Origin: Candidatus Heimdallarchaeota archaeon
GTDB taxonomy: Archaea > Asgardarchaeota > Heimdallarchaeia > Heimdallarchaeales > Heimdallarchaeaceae
Reading direction: 5' to 3'
NCBI GenBank assembly: GCA_016840095.1
Contig: JAEOSZ010000111.1
Location: 1 to 64,000 of the forward strand
Length of the DNA: 64,000 bases
Shown here piece after piece: positions 9,564-19,633 of the stretch. Made by a program: the position numbers and the translations under genes. How positions within the stretch are numbered: the stretch's first letter is position 1; each line of letters opens with the position of its first letter. The notes under the pieces were generated by a model. It was not told where the DNA came from. It did no database searches and worked only from the letters and a program-made list of their open reading frames with translations.

Positions 9564-10859
9564 ATGAATTCCAAATCAGTAGCTCTGAGTCTTACACTTA
9601 TGTTTTTAGCAATCTCTATCATTCTTCCCCAACAAAATATCTTGTCAGAACAAGGAGAAATAATTGAACCACCTCAGTTGAATTACTATGCTAATTCTCC
9701 AGATGAGTTTTTCAATGAAACCCAAAATCCAAGATATGCTCTTGTCACAAGGCCTTTTGGATTAATCGAGTATCCAAATAAAGCAAATCCTTCAATTATT
9801 GTCTACAATGAGAATTTAAACATAATTGCAAATGCATCTAGTGGATCTACAAATTGGAATTTCTCGTTACATAGCCCCGGTCTATCTCAAATCTTGAATA
9901 TAGTTTCTTCAAAATATGAAAATAATAAGTGGTATTTTCAAACATTACCCACACAAATGGTAGAAGGGCTATATGATTTACAGTTAAATTGTAGCACAGG
10001 AGATGATTATCAAACACATGCAGTGAAAATTGTTGAGGACAAAACTTATCCATTTACATTTGTTCATATGTCAGATCTTCATTTTCCTGCATATTATGAA
10101 GATTTCAATACTTCAGATGTTAATTTAGTGAAGATTGCAGAAGTTAAAGCATTAAATCCAGATTTTGTGATTGTTACCGGAGATATAATGCATGGTCCGA
10201 CTAGATATTTTCTTGATCCTTCAAATGATAAAGTAATGAGAGGAGAAATTCAGCTTAAACTTGCACTTTGGGCTTTAGATACTCTCGATCTTCCCGTTTT
10301 CCTGATACATGGTAACCACGAACATTCTCAAAGTTTAATGGTCCCAGATATCATTGAAGATAATTGGTATAAGTATATGGGGCCAATTCGTTATCAAAAT
10401 TTCACCTTCCTAGATTGGTCAATGATTGGCTTTGGTCATTCTTTTCCAGGATTGACTAGTGAAGAATTTCAAAAAGTAGATCAAATTTTAGCTGAAAATA
10501 GTGATGAAGCAACTATTTTGTACTATCATCATTTTGATTTTCCACAAGGAAATGGACAACCTTTAAGTTTTCTTCGAAGATTTCCTATAGAAGTCACTCT
10601 TTTCGGTCACGAGCATGTTGAACAACTTTACATGGACAATGGAATTCTTTATCATTGTCAAGAGCCTTTGTTCAATGGCGCTTTCACTGAATTTACTATC
10701 CTGAATGAAACTAGTTTGACAGTTGATTCACAGACTTTTACATTTGAGTTGATTCCTTATACACCTCCAACAACATCGAAAACAAGTTTGACTCCAATTC
10801 TTGTTATAATTGGACTAGTTTCATATTCATTAGTCAAGAAAAAGAAAGTCAAAGCATAA
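9564..10859 (+). CDS. Secreted calcineurin-like metallophosphoesterase with C-terminal membrane anchor
   Basis: SDLH, TGD, HGNHE, YHH and GHEH metal motifs; signal peptide; Thr/Pro linker, TM and KKKK tail. Confidence 0.85.
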   Translation: MNSKSVALSLTLMFLAISIILPQQNILSEQGEIIEPPQLNYYANSPDEFFNETQNPRYALVTRPFGLIEYPNKANPSIIVYNENLNIIANASSGSTNWNFSLHSPGLSQILNIVSSKYENNKWYFQTLPTQMVEGLYDLQLNCSTGDDYQTHAVKIVEDKTYPFTFVHMSDLHFPAYYEDFNTSDVNLVKIAEVKALNPDFVIVTGDIMHGPTRYFLDPSNDKVMRGEIQLKLALWALDTLDLPVFLIHGNHEHSQSLMVPDIIEDNWYKYMGPIRYQNFTFLDWSMIGFGHSFPGLTSEEFQKVDQILAENSDEATILYYHHFDFPQGNGQPLSFLRRFPIEVTLFGHEHVEQLYMDNGILYHCQEPLFNGAFTEFTILNETSLTVDSQTFTFELIPYTPPTTSKTSLTPILVIIGLVSYSLVKKKKVKA

Positions 10860-10930
10860 TTTGTTTAAATTCATTAGAACAAATTTATATTTGCTATGAG
10901 TATGTAATATTGTAAAATTGAGGTGTTTGT

Positions 10931-12223
10931 TTGCTCGAGATTGAAAGATATAAAACTAGTTTAAGCAAAGTTTTTTCTATACAAAAAAAGTTTGAATTAC
11001 AACTTCTAGTCGAAAAGGAGTTAGCTGATGCTAATTTCAAAATAGGAAAGATTCCTAAAGAGGCAAATGATGTAATTCAATTGAAGTGCACTCCTGAGTT
11101 TGTTAAATTAGAAAGAGTTCAGGAAATAGAGAAAGAAGTTCATCATGACTTAATGAGTCTTGTATTAGCAATTTCTGAGCAATGTGGAGAGTATGGAGGT
11201 TTTATTCATCTTGGAGCTACTTCCTATGATATCCAAGATACTGTAAGAGGCTTGCAGCTTAAAATTGCTAAAGATCAGATTTTAGATGCCCTAGATAAGA
11301 CAATTGAAATTGTTAAAAACTTAGCTGAGGAACATAAAGAATTAGCTTGTATTGGAAGAACACACGGTATTCATGCTATCCCCACAACTTATGGAATGAA
11401 ATTTGGAAATTTCTTAAATGAATTGCTCTTAGCTAAGAAAACGCTCTGGGAATCTAAAGTTGCTTTTGGCAAATTTTCAGGAGCTGTTGGAACATATGCC
11501 TCATATGGAACACAAGAAGTTGAGAAAATAATTCTTGAAAAACTTGGATTGGAAAGACAACCTATAACTACACAAGTTATTACTAGAGTAATTCATGCAA
11601 ATTACATTTACAGTCTAGCTCTTATTGCAACTATTTTGGAGCATTTTGCTAAAGAAATCAGAAATTTACAAAGGACAGAAATTGATGAAGTCAGAGAATC
11701 TTTTGTTAAAGCACAAGTGGGATCATCAACTATGCCTCAAAAAAAGAACCCTGAAAAGAGTGAACGAATATGTGGTTTAGCTAGAATTATTAGAAGCAAA
11801 ATCAATCCCGCATTAGACAATATTGGTTTGGAACATGAAAGAGACTTATCAAATTCTAGTGCAGAAAGAGTTCTTTTTTCTGAAACTTCAATCTTGACAC
11901 ATTATATTTTGTTACAGATGAATAACGTTCTGAAGAATCTATATTTCAATCTCCCGAAAATCAAAGAAAATCTCTATCTTCGTAGAGGAGCTCAATGTGC
12001 AGAACACCTAATGATCCAATTGTCTAATAAAATTGGTAGACAAAATGCGCATGAATTACTTAAAAAATTATCAAACGAAGAAAACTTTCTTGAAGCTGCA
12101 AAAGTAAACGAGATAGTTAAAGGGATATTTTCTCCCGAGGAAATTGATAACATCTTAGAACCAATGAATTATTTGGGATTATCAAAACAGATTGTTGAAG
12201 ATCTTTTGCAATCTATAAAGTGA
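10931..12223 (+). CDS. purB: Adenylosuccinate lyase
   Basis: HLGATSYD, GRTHG.HA.PTT, SGAVGT, GSSTMPQKKNP, HERDLSNSSAER; TTG start with GAGGTG RBS. Confidence 0.95.
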   Translation: MLEIERYKTSLSKVFSIQKKFELQLLVEKELADANFKIGKIPKEANDVIQLKCTPEFVKLERVQEIEKEVHHDLMSLVLAISEQCGEYGGFIHLGATSYDIQDTVRGLQLKIAKDQILDALDKTIEIVKNLAEEHKELACIGRTHGIHAIPTTYGMKFGNFLNELLLAKKTLWESKVAFGKFSGAVGTYASYGTQEVEKIILEKLGLERQPITTQVITRVIHANYIYSLALIATILEHFAKEIRNLQRTEIDEVRESFVKAQVGSSTMPQKKNPEKSERICGLARIIRSKINPALDNIGLEHERDLSNSSAERVLFSETSILTHYILLQMNNVLKNLYFNLPKIKENLYLRRGAQCAEHLMIQLSNKIGRQNAHELLKKLSNEENFLEAAKVNEIVKGIFSPEEIDNILEPMNYLGLSKQIVEDLLQSIK

Positions 12224-12232
12224 GTACCTGAA

Positions 12233-14776
12233 TTATTTTTTTGGCTTAGCATCTTTCACTTCTTGAAGAACTTGTAAGAACCTTTTTTCTGTTCTCAGAA
12301 TTTCTTCGATAAATAATGATTTATTAGCTTTTTCGAGAATTTCTAACAAAGCTGCTTTAGGAGATTCATATGATTTAGGCGCCCCTAAAATGGTTCTTAT
12401 TCTTGATTCAGTATGTCCTTCCCACTCTCCAATATTATATTGTAAGGTTAGAAGGATATTTCCAAATTCTTCAATTCCAGTGCTAGAATAGTATTCAGAA
12501 GCTTGAACAACTATTTCATTATAATCACTCTCAATTAGGGACATGAATTGCCAAAGTAAATCAATTAAGAAAGTAATACCTCGTAAATAATAGAAATTCC
12601 CTTCAGTTACAATCCCCCTAATTAGAACTATATAGTTATTTACTTCTTGATAAACAAACAAATCTGCAAGGTTCTCTGAGTTAATTTCAATTACCAAGAG
12701 AATTAAATTGAACAGTATTCCAATTGAGATAAGGTTATTAGATTCCAAGGTTTGTTGAAGAATACTTGTAAGATCTGAATAAGCTTTGCTGAAGTCTCCA
12801 GCTTTTATGTCTTTGAGGGCTTCTAGATATTTAATCCAGTAACCAAATTCCTCATAACCCTCTTTATTTATTTCCTGAATCTGGGATATTATTTCTGTCA
12901 CAAATTCATCATTATCTTCAAGAATATACATTAGAGTTTTTTCAACTAGATTCTGTCCAAGAAGTGTTTGAAATTTATTCTCTCTAAGATATCTTTCGAC
13001 AAATTTGTAGCTCTCTTTAGCGATATCATTTTTTTCAGCATATTGACTTATTCTTGCTTTATTGAGTTGAATGATTACATTATCTAGAACATTATCATCT
13101 TCATTTAATAGTCCCTGTACCTTTGTATATCTCGCTAAGCTTTCTCTGAAATCACCTTTCAAAGCTAAGATATCTGCTATCTTCCTCAAACAACCAATCC
13201 TTTTATTTCGATCAAATACATCAGAGAAATGACTATAAGAAGACCTGAGTTTTACCAAAGCTTCATCAAATTTACCTTCATTAATATCAAATGAAGCTTG
13301 CAGCTCTTTAATTTCAGCAATCTTCATACTATCAGAAATTCTTAAAAAGAAATTCTTTGCATTATCAAGATGAATTTCTGCTTTACGTGAATTTCCTAAC
13401 TTTGTATATCCTTCAGCAATTAGAATGTCACAATTAGCGCTACTGTCTTCATCTCCAACTTCTAGATACAGAATTTGACAAGCGAGAAGTGTGAATATAT
13501 TCTTATTCACATCTGTATTTCGAGTAATATTGATTTGAGATCTTAATCTCAGTGCATCAGTTTTACCCTTTTGATATTGTATCTCTTCAGATAGGGTTTC
13601 AATTTGATCTGCTCGCTTTAACGCAGATTCAAACTTTCCTTGTCTATAGTCACTTGTAGCAATTTGTACTAAAGCTTGAGCAAATTGTCTTTTGTTACCT
13701 ATATTTACAACTTGGTTGTATGCCTGATCATAAATTTCTTGAGCTTTTTCTTTTTCATTAGTTATAGCATAGCTTTCTGCAATTGCTAGAAGAGTTATAA
13801 ACGATTTATTGTAATCGTGATATTGGTTTGCTAGAGAATAAGCCATATTCAGACTCTCTCTAGCCATCTGGTGATGGCCTAATTTTATCATTATTTGACC
13901 TCTAACAAAATAACCTTTGGCTAAATAATATTGAGATATCCCTTGTAATCTGTCATTTGTTTGTGCGGATAGGATATTTCCTGCTTTTAGTTCTCCTTTC
14001 AGAAAATGAACATGTGCCAAACCTATATCAACTGCTCCAATTAGAGGTATATTTGAGATATTTTGAGCTAAAACTTTTGCTTCAGCATATATTTTGTTTG
14101 AAGCAATATAATCTGATGAATCAAGTTGTTGTTCTCCTAGAATTAAGAGACCAATTAGTTGCCAAAATTGATCTTTTTCATTTTTCCTTTTGTAAATGAA
14201 TTCTTCAATTCTCTTTATACCAGCTATATTGCTTGCAGATTGGAGATCAATTAATCCTTCAGTGAAATCCTTTAGATCTTGGATTTGTTGATGAATTCTT
14301 CTAGTATTTCTGGGATCAAAAATATCTTCTAGAATAGTTTTATAGCTATCTATATTTTCTGAATCACCTATCAAATGTTTTAGATAAACTAACCAGAAAA
14401 TAGCTTCTACTAAAGGCATAATATCTGCTGTTTCTTTTTCAATTATCTGTTGTAAAGTAGAAATTGCTTCATCTACTTCACCTATTTCAAAAAGAGCAAC
14501 ACTACCCCAAACCCTTGTTCCTATTATTTCATCTGAAATTGCTTTAATTGCTAAATCATATTGGCCTGTAATAACACCAATTTTACTCGCAAGGTACCTT
14601 AGTTCATCATCTTTTTCATATACAGGATCGTCAATAACATTCCACAAAATTCTCCCAATTTGCTTAGAAGCGTCTGTAGTAAATTCTCCTTGAAGTGATT
14701 CGATAATAAAATCTGCTAATTCTGGACTGATACGGTTTCTATGAGCTGCTATTTCAGCAGGTAAAGATTCTGTCAT
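12233..14776 (-). CDS. Large TPR/alpha-solenoid repeat protein
   Basis: Repeated helix pairs of type LG..Y...G....A....A (e.g. IAESYAITNEKEKAQEIY, IADILALKGDFRESLARY). Confidence 0.7.
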   Translation of the reverse strand: MTESLPAEIAAHRNRISPELADFIIESLQGEFTTDASKQIGRILWNVIDDPVYEKDDELRYLASKIGVITGQYDLAIKAISDEIIGTRVWGSVALFEIGEVDEAISTLQQIIEKETADIMPLVEAIFWLVYLKHLIGDSENIDSYKTILEDIFDPRNTRRIHQQIQDLKDFTEGLIDLQSASNIAGIKRIEEFIYKRKNEKDQFWQLIGLLILGEQQLDSSDYIASNKIYAEAKVLAQNISNIPLIGAVDIGLAHVHFLKGELKAGNILSAQTNDRLQGISQYYLAKGYFVRGQIMIKLGHHQMARESLNMAYSLANQYHDYNKSFITLLAIAESYAITNEKEKAQEIYDQAYNQVVNIGNKRQFAQALVQIATSDYRQGKFESALKRADQIETLSEEIQYQKGKTDALRLRSQINITRNTDVNKNIFTLLACQILYLEVGDEDSSANCDILIAEGYTKLGNSRKAEIHLDNAKNFFLRISDSMKIAEIKELQASFDINEGKFDEALVKLRSSYSHFSDVFDRNKRIGCLRKIADILALKGDFRESLARYTKVQGLLNEDDNVLDNVIIQLNKARISQYAEKNDIAKESYKFVERYLRENKFQTLLGQNLVEKTLMYILEDNDEFVTEIISQIQEINKEGYEEFGYWIKYLEALKDIKAGDFSKAYSDLTSILQQTLESNNLISIGILFNLILLVIEINSENLADLFVYQEVNNYIVLIRGIVTEGNFYYLRGITFLIDLLWQFMSLIESDYNEIVVQASEYYSSTGIEEFGNILLTLQYNIGEWEGHTESRIRTILGAPKSYESPKAALLEILEKANKSLFIEEILRTEKRFLQVLQEVKDAKPKK

Positions 14777-14846
14777 TGATATTCATCTACAAGCAATAAT
14801 CAAAAAAACAACGGAGATTGAAATAAAAAAGTTTGTGTAACTGTTA

Positions 14847-15089
14847 CTATGTTCTTAGAGCTTCGAGATTCACGTTAACAACTTCTTTTACACCAGGAAC
14901 TCGCTCTTTCAAAACTTTCTCAACATAACCTGTTAAAGTCATTTGACTATAGGGACATCCCCTACAAGCTCCTTGTAATTCTACTCTAACTGTTCCATCT
15001 TCTAGAACTTCTACAAGCTCGATGTCTCCACCATCTTGTTGTAGTGCTACTCTGATTTCGTTTAGTGTTGCTTGAACTTTGTCTTTCAT
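14847..15089 (-). CDS. NifU C-terminal domain (Nfu-type) Fe-S scaffold protein
   Basis: IR.ALQQDGGDIELV, LQGACRGCP, TL...VE.VL; ATG 15089 preferred. Confidence 0.9.
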   Translation of the reverse strand: MKDKVQATLNEIRVALQQDGGDIELVEVLEDGTVRVELQGACRGCPYSQMTLTGYVEKVLKERVPGVKEVVNVNLEALRT

Positions 15090-15200
15090 TACAATCACAT
15101 TTTTTGCTTGTGAAAGCATAAAGTATTGCATTTATAAAACTTGTTTATTATCCAATATTTGAAAAACTAGTCATAAAAGATGTTTTTGATACAAAAATCA

Positions 15201-15746
15201 TTACTTATTATCTATTTGTTGATAGATTTCACTTGTAAATGGCACTAAAGCAATTATTATCTCTCTTTTGAAAACATCCTTTCTTTGAATTCTATTTCCA
15301 GTGAATACTGCTGTACTTCCACCTTTTTGCTTAACATTTTCTTCTCTTGTAATTCTATCCATTATATCTCCAAGTTCAACTTCTTTGTTTCTTAGAAGCT
15401 CATCATAAATTGTTTCTGGGAGAGGCATTCTTCCACCCCCTGCAATTGAAATCTCTCCAGAATCATTGCCTGCACAAACATACCATGTTAAGAATGCTCC
15501 ATAACTGTCACAATCCATCCCACCTTCCATACTAATATAAAAATCTGCTTTTGTTTCTTTTCTGGCAATCTGAACCCTTTCTACTGCAGATTTAAGAGTC
15601 TCTTCTGATGTTATTGGTTGACTCTTTACATCTTTATTGTTGGTCATTTCAACACTAATAAAATTAATATTTTCAAAAAAAGAGCTAAAAGCTTCTCTAG
15701 CTGCCTCAATTTTTACCGGATTCTTGGAACATATTGCAACTTTCAT
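15201..15746 (-). CDS. yjjX: Inosine/xanthosine triphosphatase (YjjX/DUF84 family)
   Basis: SKNPVKI.A, QP...ET...A..R, EGG, ELG..MD, KQKGG. Confidence 0.85.
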   Translation of the reverse strand: MKVAICSKNPVKIEAAREAFSSFFENINFISVEMTNNKDVKSQPITSEETLKSAVERVQIARKETKADFYISMEGGMDCDSYGAFLTWYVCAGNDSGEISIAGGGRMPLPETIYDELLRNKEVELGDIMDRITREENVKQKGGSTAVFTGNRIQRKDVFKREIIIALVPFTSEIYQQIDNK

Positions 15747-15815
15747 CTATTTTCAGTCTCTAAATAATGATATCTTTTTTAAGCATGATGTACAAAGATA
15801 TTTTAGGTGTTTAGG

Positions 15816-16646
15816 ATGAATGAGTGTCATTACTGTAGAAACCCAGTACAATCTCATTGGAACTTTTGTAGAAAATGTGGCGCAAGACTGCTTCATAAGG
15901 ATGAACCAGAACTAATTGTCAAGTCAGAAGAAGTCATTGAAATAGGTAAAGAAGATCCTTCTTCTCCAACAGGTATGATTTATGAACCACTGGAACCTGA
16001 AGTAATTGAAGTAGAAGACGAAAAAGAAGAAAAGAAAGATCTAACTGATGATGAATTAGTAGAGAGAATCGCTACTACAATAGTAAAGAGAGAAGATTAT
16101 AATGCTCTTTTAAAGAGGAAAGTTGAAATTAATGACGAAATTGATAAATTGCTGGATAGGGTAAAGAATAAATTGATTCCAAAAAATGAAGCTCTACCTA
16201 GAATCAAAGAATTGAAAGAAGAAGTTGAAATAATTACTTCAAAAGAAGATGAATTCGAAAATTTCTCAGCAATTTTACCTATTGAAGAAATTATAGAAGA
16301 TAGGAACAATGAACGTAAGAAGTTGAAAAAACTCTCAGGACTTAAGGGAGATAAAGCAGTTAGTAGAGCTACTTTAGAAGAGATGGAGACTAAGTTCAAG
16401 AAGAACATAGAAAATCTCACAACTAAACTGAATATTGAATTAGCTAAGATGCGCAAAACTTTTGATGCTCTTGAAAATAAGATGAAATCTTTGCAAAGAG
16501 ATCTTGAAGTTCTCTATGTAAACTCACAAACTGGTGAGATCTCAGAAAAACAATACGAGAAACATAAAGTAGAGAAATCAAAAGAAATTGAAAGAATGAA
16601 AAAAGTAAGCAAAACTGTTGCTGAAATATTAGCAGAAGCTAGATAA
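15816..16646 (+). CDS. Zinc-ribbon plus coiled-coil protein, CdvA-like C-terminal region
   Basis: CHYC..FCRKCG double zinc knuckle; long heptad helices; LEVLYVNSQTGEISEKQYE motif; AGGTG RBS before ATG 15816. Confidence 0.6.
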   Translation: MNECHYCRNPVQSHWNFCRKCGARLLHKDEPELIVKSEEVIEIGKEDPSSPTGMIYEPLEPEVIEVEDEKEEKKDLTDDELVERIATTIVKREDYNALLKRKVEINDEIDKLLDRVKNKLIPKNEALPRIKELKEEVEIITSKEDEFENFSAILPIEEIIEDRNNERKKLKKLSGLKGDKAVSRATLEEMETKFKKNIENLTTKLNIELAKMRKTFDALENKMKSLQRDLEVLYVNSQTGEISEKQYEKHKVEKSKEIERMKKVSKTVAEILAEAR

Positions 16647-16650
16647 AAAG

Positions 16651-17649
16651 GTGTCAAAAATGATATCTGATCCAATTCATGCAATAAACGAAAGAATTAC
16701 TATAATTGATGGTCCCTCTGGAGATGGAGGGGAAAGAAATAGAGGGTATTTAGTTGGTAAGAAAGACTTCGCCATAATTAATACAGGAAGAAGAGGAAGT
16801 ATAGAAAATACCTTTCTAGAAGCAATACACAATAAAGGAAAAGATGCAAAAGATGTGAAGTATATTTTCATTACTCATCCCTATCCTGATGTTATGGGTG
16901 GAGTATACAAGTTAAAGAAAATCTTTCCAAATGCTCAAGTTGCAATTCATGAAAAGTGTAAACCTTTGATGGAAGACCCAAAGAACTTGATTAAGGAAAT
17001 AAACTTTAAGTTTTCGAGAAAAGAGAAGCTATACTTTGCAGTTAAAAAAGATCCGTTTGATGAATTAGATGCATTCAAACCAGATATTTATTTCAAAGAT
17101 GGTGATAAATTCGCGATCGATGATACAAAGATAATGGTAATTAATTTTGATGGAATATGCAAAGGACACAGCATGTTTTTTGCTACTTCAGAAAGAGCAA
17201 TGTTTACTGGTGATGCACTCAATATGTATCCTGCTCTTCCAAATAGTTATCTTATAGATTATTCTGGATCATACAAAGTATGGTTAAGAAACATCGAGTT
17301 TCTTGAAAAAGCAGATATATCAATTATCTGTCCTGCTCATGATAATTATCAAGATGATCGTCATGTTATTCATTATATTACTGATGTAAAAGAAGCCTTT
17401 CACCAATTTGAAAACCAATTGGAGATGGTGATGACTGAGCAGAAATATCTTACAATGAATCAGCTTATTGAAAGAGTACATAATTCACAAGGTATTGTCT
17501 GGTATCATCCTTTTGCACTGTTGGCACCGAGAGCTAATATGACTGCTCATCTAAACAAGCTTATAGATGAAAACAAAGTTCAGAAAAATGAGAAATCTGA
17601 TCCTGTAACTTACACATATATTGCACCAAAAGATGATAATTTCTTCTAA
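16651..17649 (+). CDS. Metallo-beta-lactamase-fold protein with degenerate metal site and C-terminal winged-helix-like region
   Basis: Motif order INTG / THPYPDVMGG / GICKGH / FTGDAL / CPAHD matches the MBL fold. Confidence 0.75.
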   Translation: MSKMISDPIHAINERITIIDGPSGDGGERNRGYLVGKKDFAIINTGRRGSIENTFLEAIHNKGKDAKDVKYIFITHPYPDVMGGVYKLKKIFPNAQVAIHEKCKPLMEDPKNLIKEINFKFSRKEKLYFAVKKDPFDELDAFKPDIYFKDGDKFAIDDTKIMVINFDGICKGHSMFFATSERAMFTGDALNMYPALPNSYLIDYSGSYKVWLRNIEFLEKADISIICPAHDNYQDDRHVIHYITDVKEAFHQFENQLEMVMTEQKYLTMNQLIERVHNSQGIVWYHPFALLAPRANMTAHLNKLIDENKVQKNEKSDPVTYTYIAPKDDNFF

Positions 17650-17656
17650 GCATTGC

Positions 17657-18856
17657 TTAGAAGTTTTTTATTACATTTTCAACTACTTTTAGAGGATTCT
17701 CTATTCCTTGAATAGAAATTTGTGCAAAAGATTTATTCCCTCCTCCTTTATTTTCAGTAATCTCAAGAAGCTTCTTCACAATATCATTTGCAGGAAGTTT
17801 CTCATCTGAAGATAAGAGATACAAGATTTCGTTTTTTCCTATAATTGAAAGAAACACTCCTTCAGCTATTTCTTTAGCAGCTGATTGGATTGCTTGACGA
17901 TCGATTTCAGGGATTTCAAGAAAAACACAGGAATAATCATTTATTGTCTTCTGCCAATTATGGATTTTACTAAAAATCATTTTCAATAATTTTACATTTC
18001 CTGTTTGTAAAATATCATAATTAACTAATTTATTGCTAATCATTTCTATTAGTTTATCATCTTTCTTCTGGGTTATCTCTTCAAGCTTCATCATGGCTCT
18101 TCTTTGTTTGTTTGCGAAAGCAAAACCATGTTTGTCAACTAAAAGTTTGATGAAATTTCCTTTTAGATTCTCTAAGACAATACCTTTGGATTCAGATAGA
18201 TTCTCCACATGGATGCCACCACACCCAACAAGATCAAATCCATCTTCTTCACCAAGCTGAATTAGTCTAACTATTTTTTCTTCAGAGATTTTCCCCCTAA
18301 TTTTGGATTTGTAATCCTTTTTGTATTCTTCTTGACTAACAATTATGGATATCACTTCAGTTCCAGATTGAATAATTTCGTTTGCATGTTTTATTGCTTC
18401 GAATACTTGATCAGGAGTTAGTTTTAAAGAAACCTCCATCTCAATCCAATTTTCTTCAAAATTTGCTTTCAAGGTTTCACAATTGAAGAGCTTCCCCAAT
18501 ACATGAGTGAAGAGGTGCTGCGCAGTATGAGCTTTCATGAATGAATATCTTTTTTCCCAATCTAGTCTCAGAATCACTTCTTTGCCTATTTCAAACATGC
18601 CAGTTTCAGCTGATTGAACCTTGCACCAAATCCCTTCTTCATCCTTGTAAGTTGTCACAATTGAATATTCTTCATCATTATATACAAGAACTCCAGTGTC
18701 AGGTAGTTGACCGCCACCTCCAGGATAAAAAAGTATTTGGTTGAATTGTAAATCGTTTTCCTTAAGTTTTGAGATAGCACATGTTACTTCTTTCTGATAA
18801 GGATGTTTCCAATATAATGGTACTGAAGATTCACTAATCATATCTGGAAAAAGCAT
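17657..18856 (-). CDS. alaX: Alanyl-tRNA editing protein (AlaX family) with C-terminal DHHA1-like domain
   Basis: FYPGGGGQLPDTG, HTAQHL and CGGIHV zinc motifs, KGGGN.SFAQ. Confidence 0.85.
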   Translation of the reverse strand: MLFPDMISESSVPLYWKHPYQKEVTCAISKLKENDLQFNQILFYPGGGGQLPDTGVLVYNDEEYSIVTTYKDEEGIWCKVQSAETGMFEIGKEVILRLDWEKRYSFMKAHTAQHLFTHVLGKLFNCETLKANFEENWIEMEVSLKLTPDQVFEAIKHANEIIQSGTEVISIIVSQEEYKKDYKSKIRGKISEEKIVRLIQLGEEDGFDLVGCGGIHVENLSESKGIVLENLKGNFIKLLVDKHGFAFANKQRRAMMKLEEITQKKDDKLIEMISNKLVNYDILQTGNVKLLKMIFSKIHNWQKTINDYSCVFLEIPEIDRQAIQSAAKEIAEGVFLSIIGKNEILYLLSSDEKLPANDIVKKLLEITENKGGGNKSFAQISIQGIENPLKVVENVIKNF

Positions 18857-18892
18857 GAAATAATAAAAAAAGTTGTGATTGGAAGCTTTATT

Positions 18893-19522
18893 TCAAAAAA
18901 GAGAAGCTCCTTGTTTCTTACCTAGTTTTGCACCACAGCTTACGCAAAAAGAATCTTCTCCTTTATTTGAAGTTCCACAGTTACTGCAAAATATTGAGTT
19001 AGATGTTTGAGTTGTTTGCAATTGTTGTGTTTGGACTGGTTGGTATTGCTGTTGTACTTGATAAGTTCCTCTTGTTTCCAGCTCTTTTTCTTTATCTCTC
19101 CAGACAAGATTACCTATTGCAGATCCTATGGCTGCAGTTATTATGAATGATATTGCTGCAACTACAAAAGCTATGATTAGAAAAATTCCTCCAACCCACC
19201 CTAATGTACCAATAACAAATCCAAATATTGCTTCACTTGCAGTTTCTATATCTCCTAGAAATGCTAAAGATTCTGATGCAATTAACACACCCATAATTAT
19301 TCCTAGTGCTCCTAAAGCAATACTGAAGATAGTACTAATCCTAACACCATCGTTCTTATATCCTACAAATCCAACTATAAACCCTCCTACAAGAAATCCT
19401 GAAATTTTTAGTGGACTATCAATTGATGCATTTAGAGGGCCTAGAACAAACATTAAAACAGCTGCAATACCAATTCCAAGTATAAAACCTAAGATGTTTA
19501 CCAGTGCTCTATTACGTGCCAT
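18893..19522 (-). CDS. Membrane protein (about 4 TM) with Gln-rich linker and C-terminal zinc ribbon
   Basis: Gly-rich hydrophobic helices; FCSNCG..FCVSCG. Confidence 0.75.
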   Translation of the reverse strand: MARNRALVNILGFILGIGIAAVLMFVLGPLNASIDSPLKISGFLVGGFIVGFVGYKNDGVRISTIFSIALGALGIIMGVLIASESLAFLGDIETASEAIFGFVIGTLGWVGGIFLIIAFVVAAISFIITAAIGSAIGNLVWRDKEKELETRGTYQVQQQYQPVQTQQLQTTQTSNSIFCSNCGTSNKGEDSFCVSCGAKLGKKQGASLF

Positions 19523-19633
19523 GTTCGGTTATGGTACAATTTACTATTTAATCATTTAGAAATATGAAAACGATAATTTGCGGTATTAGTGCAAAAATTT
19601 TTAACAAAAAGAATTAACTTGTGTTTGATAGCT

